Positions 53,747 to 61,583 of a stretch of DNA of 64,000 nt are shown piece after piece. The DNA is from Candidatus Binatia bacterium (GTDB lineage Bacteria; Desulfobacterota; Binatia; Bin18). Within the stretch, counting starts at the first letter, position 1; the number at the start of each line of letters is the position of its first letter. A program made the translations under genes and the position numbers. The stretch spans positions 182,749 through 246,748 of the forward strand of contig JAJEFA010000001.1 of NCBI GenBank assembly GCA_022820725.1, in the 5' to 3' direction. The notes beneath the pieces are model-generated. The model was given only the letters and a program-made list of their open reading frames with translations. It was not told the DNA's origin and searched no databases.

Positions 53747-56267
53747 TTTTTCTACTCTGGCCGGCTACTTTGGCCGGAAATTCCTGAACCGGCTTGACCA
53801 GTTTCAAGCGGGTGCCCAGGCGGCCCCACCAGCTCTGCTGCCAGTGGCGTGTCTGCGCCTGCCAGTGTTCAGTCTGTTCTTCGTGCTGCCGGGCAATCTT
53901 CTCCCAGTTGTTGCGCTGTTCTTCCATCCACGCCCTGGCTTTCTCCAGCTCGCCGATCCACGCCTGCTGCTCCTGCACCATACGTTCTCGTTCCTCCGCC
54001 TGGGTCTGCCAGTTCGTCCGCTGCGCTTCCAACCACGTTCTGCCTGTTTCGAGCTCCTCTATCCAGCCCTTGAGTTCCCGAATGAAGGTATTCTGGGTCT
54101 CGACCACGTTGCGCCAACTGGCCTGCTGGCCTTCCAGCCAGACTTTCCCGCGCCGGAGTTCCGCGGTCCACTGCCGCAGCCTGACCAGCGCGTCGAACGC
54201 TTCTTCAAGGACCGGGCCGTCGGCGTGCGGTCCCCGCTCCCGGTACAACCGGAGGCCGCGGCGGGCGGCGGTGGTTATTTCCTCCACCCCGCGCTCGAAT
54301 TGGTAGGCGTGCGAGGCATTAGCGCCGTGCCAGCGATAGCGCACCAGGGGACGCGCCAGAAAGCCCACCCGATACCTCAGGCACAGCCGGAGCCACATGG
54401 CATAGTCACAGGCAAAGCCCAGGTCCCGGTCGAACCCGCCCTGTTCGATGAGCGCGCGGCGGCGGGCCAGGACGGTCGGCGCGCACACCCGGTTGCCGTT
54501 GAAGAGCAGGGTCCGAAAATACTCCGGCCCGTCCCAGACCGTGTCGTCGGTCGCGTCCTCAATCCAGTCGGCAAACGCGCTTGGCGCCGACTCCTCGACC
54601 AGCGTTTCCACCCCGGAATGGACGAAACCGACGGTTTCGTCCGCGCTCAACACCTGGACCTTGCACTCCAGATTTTCGGGCAGCATCACATCGTCCTGAT
54701 GAAAGAGACACACAAACGCTCCACCGGCGAGTTCGAGACAGCGGTTCCAATTGGCCGGGATACCCAGCCGCTCCGGGTTGCGGTGCAGCTGTATTCTCGG
54801 GTCGGAAAAGGATTGAACAATATCGAGCGTGGCGTCGGTTGAGCCGTCGTCAACAACCAGGAGTTCAAAATCCTGATAGGTCTGGTGCAGGATGCTGCGC
54901 AGCGCCGCTTCAATATACTTCGCCCCGTTATACGTGGGCAGACAGACGCTCACCGCGCGGGCCGATGTCGGTCGCGGCCTCTCCTCACCCGCCGGGAGAG
55001 TAGGGGCGACCGGCCGGTCGCCCCTACTTGCTTCCGTTGGTCTATCCCGCACGGCCTCATACACGGCCTCCATATCCTGCGCGTACGCCTGCGGGTCTCG
55101 GATGGGTGTCGAGGCTGGCGTGAGCTGTTGACGCAACCGGGTATCGGTCCGCAGCCGCTCCAGGCAGCGCCCCAGGTCGTCGGCGTTCTCGGGTTCAAAC
55201 AGCAGGCCGTTCACCCCGTCCCGAATGACTTCGGGCAGGGCGCCGCGCCGGGCGGCAATGACCGGCAGGCCGGCCTGAAGGGCCTCTCGCGTGACCAGCG
55301 AAAAGGTTTCCTCGCACACGCTGGGCACAACCAGCACGTCGTGCCGGGCCAGAATCGCACTCAATTCGTCGTGGGCATAGGTGCCGCAAAAACGAATGGG
55401 CAGGCCGGCCGCGTCCGCCTCCAGTCGGTCGGCATAGGCGCGCCGGTCCGCGGCCCGCTCACCGTACAGGGAGGCGGCAAAACTGCCGGCCGGCACACCG
55501 TGTACGGCCTGGATCAACAGATGCGGGCCTTTATGCGGCACCAGCGCACCGATATACAACACCCGCATGGGCTGCCGGTCGTCCCGGCGTCCATATGGGA
55601 TAGGCACGACACCGGGGGCCAGGACCTGGAGACGCGGTTCCACAAAAGGAAAAATCTCCTGCATCCTCTCGGCCAGAAATCGGGACGGAACAATGACCCG
55701 CTGTGGCATATGCAGGAGTTGTTCAAAATAGGCAAAGCGCCGGCGGGCCTCCTCCGCAGTCGTCTCCGCCTGGAGGCAGGCAATACAGCGCTCGCCCCGG
55801 TCCGGTCCCGGACACAGCCGGGTGTGGTTGTCTATCAGGTGGATGCGGGCGCAGGCAAAAAAGAAGTCGTGCAGGCTGAGCACGACCGGATAGCCGAGCC
55901 GGGCCGAGGTCCGGAGTACGCTCCCGGACAGATGGATGACGTGCTGAACGTGCACGACATCGGGACGCGAGTCGGTCAGTATCCGGTGGAACGCCTCGTC
56001 GAGAAACGGATGGTCATACTCCAGGCGAAAATGTGAGGCATGGCTGAGAGTGTTGACCACCCGCACGACGCGCACCCCTTTGTGTCCGCTGACAGCCGGC
56101 GCATCCTCCCGCACCGAGCATTCCTCGGCAGCGGGGTCGGTGGTCCGGGCAAAGACCGTCACCGCATGGCCTCTCTGGGCGAGCGCCTGAGCCAGGGTTG
56201 CGGTAACGAGTTCCGCCCCACCCCACTTCTCGGGCGGATAGCCGTGCACGACCTGGAGAATACGCAT
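53739..56267 (-). CDS. Trifunctional-architecture glycosyltransferase: GT4 domain - linker containing a REP palindrome - GT2 domain - C-terminal W-rich coiled-coil repeats
   Basis: GT4 domain: MRILQVVHGYPPEKWGGAEL...CGTYAHDELSAILARHDVLVVPSVCEETFSLVTREALQAGLPVIAARRGALPEV. GT2 domain: VSVCLPTYNGAKYIEAAL...LLVVDDGSTD. C-terminal region: about 35-aa repeats WLEGQQASW...WIEELETGR / WLEAQRTNW...WIGELEKAR / WMEEQRNNW.... 8-nt overlap with the downstream GT2-GT4 gene. Confidence 0.8.
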   Translation of the reverse strand: MRILQVVHGYPPEKWGGAELVTATLAQALAQRGHAVTVFARTTDPAAEECSVREDAPAVSGHKGVRVVRVVNTLSHASHFRLEYDHPFLDEAFHRILTDSRPDVVHVQHVIHLSGSVLRTSARLGYPVVLSLHDFFFACARIHLIDNHTRLCPGPDRGERCIACLQAETTAEEARRRFAYFEQLLHMPQRVIVPSRFLAERMQEIFPFVEPRLQVLAPGVVPIPYGRRDDRQPMRVLYIGALVPHKGPHLLIQAVHGVPAGSFAASLYGERAADRRAYADRLEADAAGLPIRFCGTYAHDELSAILARHDVLVVPSVCEETFSLVTREALQAGLPVIAARRGALPEVIRDGVNGLLFEPENADDLGRCLERLRTDTRLRQQLTPASTPIRDPQAYAQDMEAVYEAVRDRPTEASRGDRPVAPTLPAGEERPRPTSARAVSVCLPTYNGAKYIEAALRSILHQTYQDFELLVVDDGSTDATLDIVQSFSDPRIQLHRNPERLGIPANWNRCLELAGGAFVCLFHQDDVMLPENLECKVQVLSADETVGFVHSGVETLVEESAPSAFADWIEDATDDTVWDGPEYFRTLLFNGNRVCAPTVLARRRALIEQGGFDRDLGFACDYAMWLRLCLRYRVGFLARPLVRYRWHGANASHAYQFERGVEEITTAARRGLRLYRERGPHADGPVLEEAFDALVRLRQWTAELRRGKVWLEGQQASWRNVVETQNTFIRELKGWIEELETGRTWLEAQRTNWQTQAEERERMVQEQQAWIGELEKARAWMEEQRNNWEKIARQHEEQTEHWQAQTRHWQQSWWGRLGTRLKLVKPVQEFPAKVAGQSRKND
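55000..55027. repeat. REP-like 28-bp perfect palindrome GTAGGGGCGACCGGCCGGTCGCCCCTAC located in-frame inside the GT4-GT2 linker (encodes SRGDRPVAPT)
   Basis: Seen directly in the sequence; identical to the copy at 57317-57344 and nearly identical to 1399-1426. Confidence 0.6.
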
Positions 56268-56274
56268 AGGCCGT

Positions 56275-57264
56275 TTATTTCTGTTTTATGCTCTCCTGTA
56301 AAGAAATCCGCCGTACCAGGGAGGGCGCCAGGCTCTGCTTGCGTTCGCCGAGCCAGGTGCCCCATAGTGCCGCAAGATGCCAGGCCAGGGCCAGGGCCCC
56401 CCAGCGCAGCCCGACCCGCAGCCGTCCCCGGTGTGTGAGCCAGCGCCAGAACGACAGGTCCCGGCGGGCGGCGCGCCAGGCTGTTGACGGCGTACGGCCC
56501 AGGCACAGACTGGAGGCCGCATCCAGATCGCTCAGCGCGCGGGCATGATCGAAATGCCGCCGGAAATTGGGCCAGGGGCCATACCCGTGGGAATGGTACA
56601 CCAGCGAATCGGCCCGATAGGCGGTCTGATAGCCGGCCTCAAGCACCCGCCTGGCCCACAGCTGGTCCTCGGCGAATTCCACCTCGGGGAAAGGGTGTTG
56701 CTGCCATACGCTGCGGCGCAACACCGAACTGACGTTCGAGAAAAAAGAAAAAGGAGCCGGATTGTCGGCATAATCGGGGGCGGCGCTGCTGTTCAGGCAG
56801 GATTCCGCCCGGCCCGACAGCTCGTCTTCAACAATGCGCCGCCACTCCATGGGGTGACAGTGCGGGCGGGGGAGATGGCGGCTATACGCCCCGGCAATGG
56901 ACGAATCGGCCCGGAGGGGGGCCAGCAGCGCGTCCAGCCAGTCGGCATTGGCGGGAGTCGCGTCCTGGGTCAGAAACACCAGATAGTCGCCCCGCGCGTA
57001 GCTTGCGGCCAGATTGCGGGTTTTGCCGTGGCCGAACTCCTGGGGCGGGATCCGTATGACGCGCACCGTGTGGGCCGCAAGAATGGCCAGGGTGTGATCG
57101 CGCGAACCGGAATCCACGGCAATGATCTCGTCGAGTTGAAAGCGGCCCCGTTGTTGACCGATACGGTCCAGCACTTCGGCCAGATAGCGCGCGCCGTTTT
57201 TTGTGACCAGGAGAACGGATATACTTGGCAGATCGGTCATAGCGTCTGGGTAGGGGCGACGCAT
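56275..57264 (-). CDS. GT2 glycosyltransferase (rhamnosyl/galactosyl-transferase-like)
   Basis: ISVLLVTKNGARYLAEVL...IIAVDSGSRD...VFLTQDA motifs. Track start ATG (57264) is the centre (GCATGC) of a REP palindrome whose left arm (AGGGG) lies at Shine-Dalgarno distance. An alternative start is the MTDLPS Met at 57240. Confidence 0.75.
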   Translation of the reverse strand: MRRPYPDAMTDLPSISVLLVTKNGARYLAEVLDRIGQQRGRFQLDEIIAVDSGSRDHTLAILAAHTVRVIRIPPQEFGHGKTRNLAASYARGDYLVFLTQDATPANADWLDALLAPLRADSSIAGAYSRHLPRPHCHPMEWRRIVEDELSGRAESCLNSSAAPDYADNPAPFSFFSNVSSVLRRSVWQQHPFPEVEFAEDQLWARRVLEAGYQTAYRADSLVYHSHGYGPWPNFRRHFDHARALSDLDAASSLCLGRTPSTAWRAARRDLSFWRWLTHRGRLRVGLRWGALALAWHLAALWGTWLGERKQSLAPSLVRRISLQESIKQK

Positions 57265-57277
57265 GCGTCGCCCCTAC
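57250..57277. repeat. REP-like 28-bp perfect palindrome GTAGGGGCGACGCATGCGTCGCCCCTAC
   Basis: Seen directly in the sequence; overlaps the 5' end of the GT2 gene. Confidence 0.6.
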
Positions 57278-57316
57278 ATCCCCTCTCGGGCTGGGTGATG
57301 TTCATTGTGTCGTGAG

Positions 57317-57344
57317 GTAGGGGCGACCGGCCGGTCGCCCCTAC
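57317..57344. repeat. REP-like 28-bp perfect palindrome GTAGGGGCGACCGGCCGGTCGCCCCTAC
   Basis: Seen directly in the sequence; 40 nt from the previous copy, between the GT2 start and the methyltransferase stop. Confidence 0.6.
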
Positions 57345-57354
57345 TCCCCAGCCG

Positions 57355-58188
57355 TCAGGCTTTTGTCTTGCGGCACACAATCGCGGCATTGTCGGGCCGT
57401 GCCCACATGCTGTTGATGGCCTCATTGGCTCCCTCCGCCCAAGTGGTCACTGCTTTTTGCTGCGCTTCCATCTGCTGCCGGAGGCGTGCTTCCAGGGCCG
57501 GCAGGTCCGCAGCAGGCACGAGTCGCAACCGGCGCAGGAGTCGAAAATACCCGGCCCGGAGTTTCTCTTTCAGCCAGCCTCTGGGCCGTGGGGGCCGGTC
57601 CCGGCCCGCCTCCACGGCCTGCGGCAGGACGAGCGGCGCCAGCAGATGGGGCACGTCCTCACGGTTGGTGTGTATCACCTCAAGGCCGGCGTGCCGGCAG
57701 ACCGCCTCAAGCAGCTCGGGATGATAGAAACGGACGTGCTCGGGGTCACGCCAGAAGCCCAACAACTGCATGCGGATGGATTCGGGGTTGGGTACGACGA
57801 TCACCACGGTGCCCGCAACGCTGACGCGAGGCGCAAGGAGTTCAAAAAACCGCAGCACCTGCTCAAAGGGCAGATGCTCCAGAAAATGCGAGCAAAAGAC
57901 CCCGTCATAGGTCTCGGTCGTCTGCTCCAGAAAGGCGAAGACATCCTGCTCGACAATATCCCAGCCGTGCTGTTTCACCCAGGCCACCACCGTGGGATTG
58001 CGTTCAACCCCGAGCGCGGGAATGCCGTGCTCGGCCAACAGTTCCAGGAAAATGCCCGAGCCGCAGGCCAGGTCCAGCACCTTGTGACACCCCCGAAAAT
58101 GGGCCACATAGCCGCTCTGCATCTCCCGGTTCCGCTGCCGGTCGCGCAGCGTGAATTCATACTCGGCGTAGTCGAAGCGAGCGGCCAC
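57355..58188 (-). CDS. Class I SAM-dependent methyltransferase (candidate O-polysaccharide terminal methyltransferase)
   Basis: Motif I VLDLACGSGIFLELL and ...VFCSHFLEHLP...GTVVIVVPN. Start placed at GTG (58188) behind AGAGGA, 11 nt after the wzm stop. The upstream part of the 470-aa track ORF lies in a different frame over wzm and is rejected. Confidence 0.6.
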   Translation of the reverse strand: MAARFDYAEYEFTLRDRQRNREMQSGYVAHFRGCHKVLDLACGSGIFLELLAEHGIPALGVERNPTVVAWVKQHGWDIVEQDVFAFLEQTTETYDGVFCSHFLEHLPFEQVLRFFELLAPRVSVAGTVVIVVPNPESIRMQLLGFWRDPEHVRFYHPELLEAVCRHAGLEVIHTNREDVPHLLAPLVLPQAVEAGRDRPPRPRGWLKEKLRAGYFRLLRRLRLVPAADLPALEARLRQQMEAQQKAVTTWAEGANEAINSMWARPDNAAIVCRKTKA

Positions 58189-58199
58189 CGCGTATCCTC

Positions 58200-58982
58200 T
58201 TAGAGATAATCGGCAAAAAATCCCCGGCAGCGTCCAAAGGCATACCGGCCAAACCAGAAGAGCCCGACCGCCCAGCAGACGCTGTACGCCAGCGCGCCGC
58301 CCAGGTTCAGACTGCCCGACAGGATAATCGAGCGATAGCCATCGGTAATCGCCACCATCGGGTTCAGGAGAAACAGCACACCGATGGATTCCGGGATGAG
58401 GCTGGCCGGATACAGAATCGGGGTCAGAAAAAACCACAGCGTAAACCCGGCGGTGGCGAGCTGTTCGACATCCCGAAAGAAGACATTGCCGCAGGCGAGC
58501 AGCATGCCCAGCCCGGTCGCCAGGAGCAGCGCCAGACCCAGGGGCAGGCACAGCAACAGCCCGACCCCGCCGATGAACGTGCCTTTCCACACCATCAGCC
58601 CGAGCAGGAACAGCAGGAACCCGACGCCCTGCACCAGAAAGCTGGCCAGCACCACCGCCACGACCAGCAGTTCCGACGGAAATTGCAGCTTCTTCACCAC
58701 ATTGGCGTTGTTGGTGATGGCCGTCACCGAGCGCAGGCAGGCCTCCTGAAACGCCAGCCACGGCCACAGGCCACAGAACACAAACTCGGCAAAGCCGTGC
58801 CCGCCCTCAATCTCGCCCACCCGGTAAATCGCCGAGAACACCATGGTGTATAGCCCTAACAGGATGGCCGGCTGGATCAAGGACCACAGGCCGCCCAGAC
58901 TCGTACCGGCAAAACGCGCGCCGATCTCACGCCGGACCATGGTCACCAGGAGATAGCGATGGGTCGTCAGGGTGGTAAACAT
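58200..58982 (-). CDS. wzm: ABC-2 type polysaccharide export permease (Wzm/KpsM-like)
   Basis: 260 aa, 6 TM helices, N-terminal ...YLLVTMVRREIGARFAGTSLGGLWSLIQP... typical of ABC-2 permeases. Confidence 0.75.
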   Translation of the reverse strand: MFTTLTTHRYLLVTMVRREIGARFAGTSLGGLWSLIQPAILLGLYTMVFSAIYRVGEIEGGHGFAEFVFCGLWPWLAFQEACLRSVTAITNNANVVKKLQFPSELLVVAVVLASFLVQGVGFLLFLLGLMVWKGTFIGGVGLLLCLPLGLALLLATGLGMLLACGNVFFRDVEQLATAGFTLWFFLTPILYPASLIPESIGVLFLLNPMVAITDGYRSIILSGSLNLGGALAYSVCWAVGLFWFGRYAFGRCRGFFADYL

Positions 58983-59083
58983 ACGCTACAGCCGTCGGAT
59001 TACACTCCGCCCATCCGACCTACGGGCTGGCTCTCTTTCCTCCATCTTCTTCCTTCCAGGGGGGGACGCATGACAACGCCGGA

Positions 59084-60763
59084 CTAACGGGACACCAGGA
59101 AATCGCCGATGACGAGATGATCCATGCCCGTCTGCCGGAACATGGCAATGGCGTCATGCGGCGTGTTCACGATCGGGTCCCCCTTCAGATTGAACGACGT
59201 GTTGAGCAGCCCGTGAATCCCCGTCAGTTTGCCGAATTCGGTAATCAGCGCGTGGTAACGCGGGTTGGCCTCGGGGGTCACGACCTGCGCGCGGGCCGTG
59301 GCATCGACGTGCATGGCGGCGCTCAGGTCGCGCCGGCCGGCCGGGGTCGTCGGCAGCGCCATGGTCATATAGGGGGCCGACATGGACGTGGGGAAATAGC
59401 GCCCGCGCTGCTCCACCACCACCGAGGGTCCGAAGGGCCGCCAGTCCTCGCGGTGCTTGACCCGGTTGTTCACCCGATCCTTCATGGCCGTATCAGCGGG
59501 GTTGGCCAGGATGGAGCGGTTCCCCAGGGCGCGCGGTCCCATTTCCATGCGGCCCTGAAACCAGCCCAGGATATTGCCGTCGGCCAAAAGCTCGGCCCCG
59601 CGGGTGGTCACGTCCGAGCAGGCTTCATACGAGACACCCGTCTCCTCAAGGGCGGCTCTGATGTCCTGATTGCGCCATTCCGGGCCAAAATAAGCGTGGG
59701 GCAGGGGGACAGGGCGTTTGCCCGTTTCCCTGGCGTACAGCGCAAATGCCGCGCCGATGGCGCAACCCGGGTCGTTGGCCGCCGGCGGCACATAGAGGCG
59801 CTGCACCGCGGGATGGGCGGCCAGTTCGCCGTTCATCTTGGCGTTCAGGCCCACCCCGCCGGCCAGACAGAAGTCGTGCCAGCCGGTCTGCGCAAAGAGC
59901 AGATCAAACAGATGCGCCCCGATCCGCTCGGTCACCGCCTGGAGCGAGGCCGCAATATGCTCATCCGTGCCGTTGATCGGGTTTCTCCGATACGCCCGCG
60001 GCGGCCCGAAAAAACGACTCAGCCCCACCGGCACCTCGGACAACCAGCTCACGATTGCCTGCGACCAGTAATCGTACGGCCGGGTGACAAACCCCTCCGG
60101 CGTGGGGGTCACGATTTGATCGAACACCTCGGCAAAGCGGTCCTCGCCGTACGAGGCCAGGCCCATGACGCTGCCCTCGCCGTCCAGAAACGTAAACCCG
60201 AGAAAATTGGTCACCGCGGAGTAGAGCATGCCCAACGAGTGCGGCATGGGGATTTCGGCCAGGTGGGTGATCCGCGTGCCCTCGCCCTTTGCCAGTATCG
60301 CCGTGACCGCCTCTCCGCGCGCGTCCAGCGAGAGGATATTGGCTTTTTCAAATGGCGAGCACAGGAAGGCGGTCGCCAGATGGCAGTCGTGGTGGTCGAT
60401 CACTTCGAGCCGGACGCCGACAGTTTCGGCGAAGGTCTCGACATAGCTGCGGATCATTTGCAGGTTTCTGAAATAGCTGAGCAGGTCGTGCGGATGACGC
60501 TGGAAGTGCGAGAAAAACGGCTCGACCTTCCAGTCGTCGCACAGGCTGCGGGCACAGTCGTAATAAAACGCCAGAGCGTCGATGTCACGGAAATCGACCC
60601 CGGCCTTACGCAGGCAGAAGCGGATGGCCTGATGGGGGAATTTGCCGTGGGCGTGTTTTTGCCGGATCAGGCGTTCTTCCTCGGCATAGGCGACCAGCTC
60701 CCCGTCCCGGACCAGGGCCGCGGACGCATCGTGAAACAGCCCGGTCACACCCAGGACGATCAT
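59084..60763 (-). CDS. NodU/CmcH-family carbamoyltransferase
   Basis: MIVLGVTGLFHDASAALVRDGELVAYAEEERLIRQKHAHGKFP... N-terminal domain and the C-terminal YrdC-like half, about 560 aa. Confidence 0.85.
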   Translation of the reverse strand: MIVLGVTGLFHDASAALVRDGELVAYAEEERLIRQKHAHGKFPHQAIRFCLRKAGVDFRDIDALAFYYDCARSLCDDWKVEPFFSHFQRHPHDLLSYFRNLQMIRSYVETFAETVGVRLEVIDHHDCHLATAFLCSPFEKANILSLDARGEAVTAILAKGEGTRITHLAEIPMPHSLGMLYSAVTNFLGFTFLDGEGSVMGLASYGEDRFAEVFDQIVTPTPEGFVTRPYDYWSQAIVSWLSEVPVGLSRFFGPPRAYRRNPINGTDEHIAASLQAVTERIGAHLFDLLFAQTGWHDFCLAGGVGLNAKMNGELAAHPAVQRLYVPPAANDPGCAIGAAFALYARETGKRPVPLPHAYFGPEWRNQDIRAALEETGVSYEACSDVTTRGAELLADGNILGWFQGRMEMGPRALGNRSILANPADTAMKDRVNNRVKHREDWRPFGPSVVVEQRGRYFPTSMSAPYMTMALPTTPAGRRDLSAAMHVDATARAQVVTPEANPRYHALITEFGKLTGIHGLLNTSFNLKGDPIVNTPHDAIAMFRQTGMDHLVIGDFLVSR

Positions 60764-60969
60764 GCCTCCCCCTCGGCGGCAAGCTGGCTGCGGACCGCGT
60801 GGGCGATGGCGGCCGGATCGGTCAGGGCCGAGGATGAGACAATGCTCAGGAACAGCCGCGCGGCCTGGAACACCTGCGCCTCGGTCAGGGTCGTGGCGAA
60901 CTCGTCCTCAAGCGCGCGCAGGGCCGCCGCGCGCTGCGTCTCGTCCAGGAAACGTCCGTTCTCCGGCAT
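60760..60969 (-). CDS. Small hypothetical protein (69 aa), translationally coupled (4-nt overlap) to the carbamoyltransferase
   Basis: ATG behind CAGGAGGAG; acidic/helical sequence; no recognisable homology. Confidence 0.4.
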   Translation of the reverse strand: MPENGRFLDETQRAAALRALEDEFATTLTEAQVFQAARLFLSIVSSSALTDPAAIAHAVRSQLAAEGEA

Positions 60970-60985
60970 GTGGTCTCTCCTCCTG

Positions 60986-61022
60986 CTTTCCCTTCTCCTG
61001 GGAGCGCGGGCATCTTGCCTGC
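60986..61022. repeat. Truncated copy of the three-hairpin/TIR element (…CTCCTGGGAGCGCGGGCATCTTGCCtGC…) between the hicB stop and the small ORF
   Basis: About 30-nt near-identity with the left end of the 61505-61582 copy. Confidence 0.4.
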
Positions 61023-61027
61023 TTCTC

Positions 61028-61273
61028 CTATTGATTCATCACGCCCAGCATCTTATTGGCGTAGTCTTTGCCGCACGTAATGGGAGGTAGCGGTTTGCCG
61101 TCGTTCTTGTACAGGGCAATCGTTTCGTCCACAATTTCGCATAATTCCGCAAAGACTGCTTTTTCGTCTTTCCCGTGACAGCCGCCATAGAACAGTCCCG
61201 GACAGCTCCCAACAAAGCACTGATCTTCGTCGGACCATTCAACAATCTTGACGTACCGGGCGCTCTCTTTCAT
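61028..61273 (-). CDS. hicB: HicB-family type II antitoxin
   Basis: ...YVKIVEWSDEDQCFVGSCPGLFYGGCHGKDEKAVFAELCEIVDETIALY matches the HicB N-domain pattern (Y.V..E...G.Y.A.VPDLPGC..-G-T.EEA..). 4-nt overlap with hicA. Confidence 0.6.
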   Translation of the reverse strand: MKESARYVKIVEWSDEDQCFVGSCPGLFYGGCHGKDEKAVFAELCEIVDETIALYKNDGKPLPPITCGKDYANKMLGVMNQ

Positions 61274-61485
61274 CGCTTGGACTCCTCAATCGCGGCCTTT
61301 ACAGCTTTCTCCTGATAGTGCTTTGCATCTGCCCCAAGTTTACCGGCGATAGTGACGGATTTAGTCACCCTGGGATGCACGAAATTTCTATGACTTCCTT
61401 TTCCGCCCCGATCCACAAACCCTGCTGCTTCGAGGTCTCTGATAAGGGCTCTGATTTTTCGAGGCATCCGTATTATAGCGGACAC
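61270..61485 (-). CDS. hicA: HicA-family type II toxin (mRNA interferase)
   Basis: KIRALIRDLEAAGFVDRGGKGSHRNFVHP... contains the HicA GSH...HP signature; 71 aa. Confidence 0.65.
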   Translation of the reverse strand: MSAIIRMPRKIRALIRDLEAAGFVDRGGKGSHRNFVHPRVTKSVTIAGKLGADAKHYQEKAVKAAIEESKR

Positions 61486-61504
61486 GCAGGGCGGCCCCTA
61501 TATG

Positions 61505-61582
61505 TTCCTTCTTCTCTCCTGGGAGCGCGGGCATCTTGCCCGCCTTGCCTTTGCGGGCTGGAAGCCCGCACTCCCAGGGGGG
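61505..61582. repeat. Inverted-orientation copy of the three-hairpin element with terminal inverted repeats CCTGGGAG ... CTCCCAGG (MITE-like), abutting the wzt stop codon
   Basis: CTCCTGGGAG-CGCGGGCATCTTGCCCGC-cttgccttt-GCGGGCTGGAAGCCCGC-aCTCCCAGGGGGG. This is the reverse complement of the hairpin 1 / hairpin 2 core of the copies at 63061 and 63861, with an 8-nt insert between the hairpins. Confidence 0.55.
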
Positions 61583-61583
61583 A

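Noticed and set aside
57355-58767. 470-aa track ORF as one methyltransferase gene
   Set aside because: Its N-terminal 190 aa are a Gly/Arg-rich alternate frame lying over wzm. The real methyltransferase starts at the GTG at 58188, just after the wzm stop.
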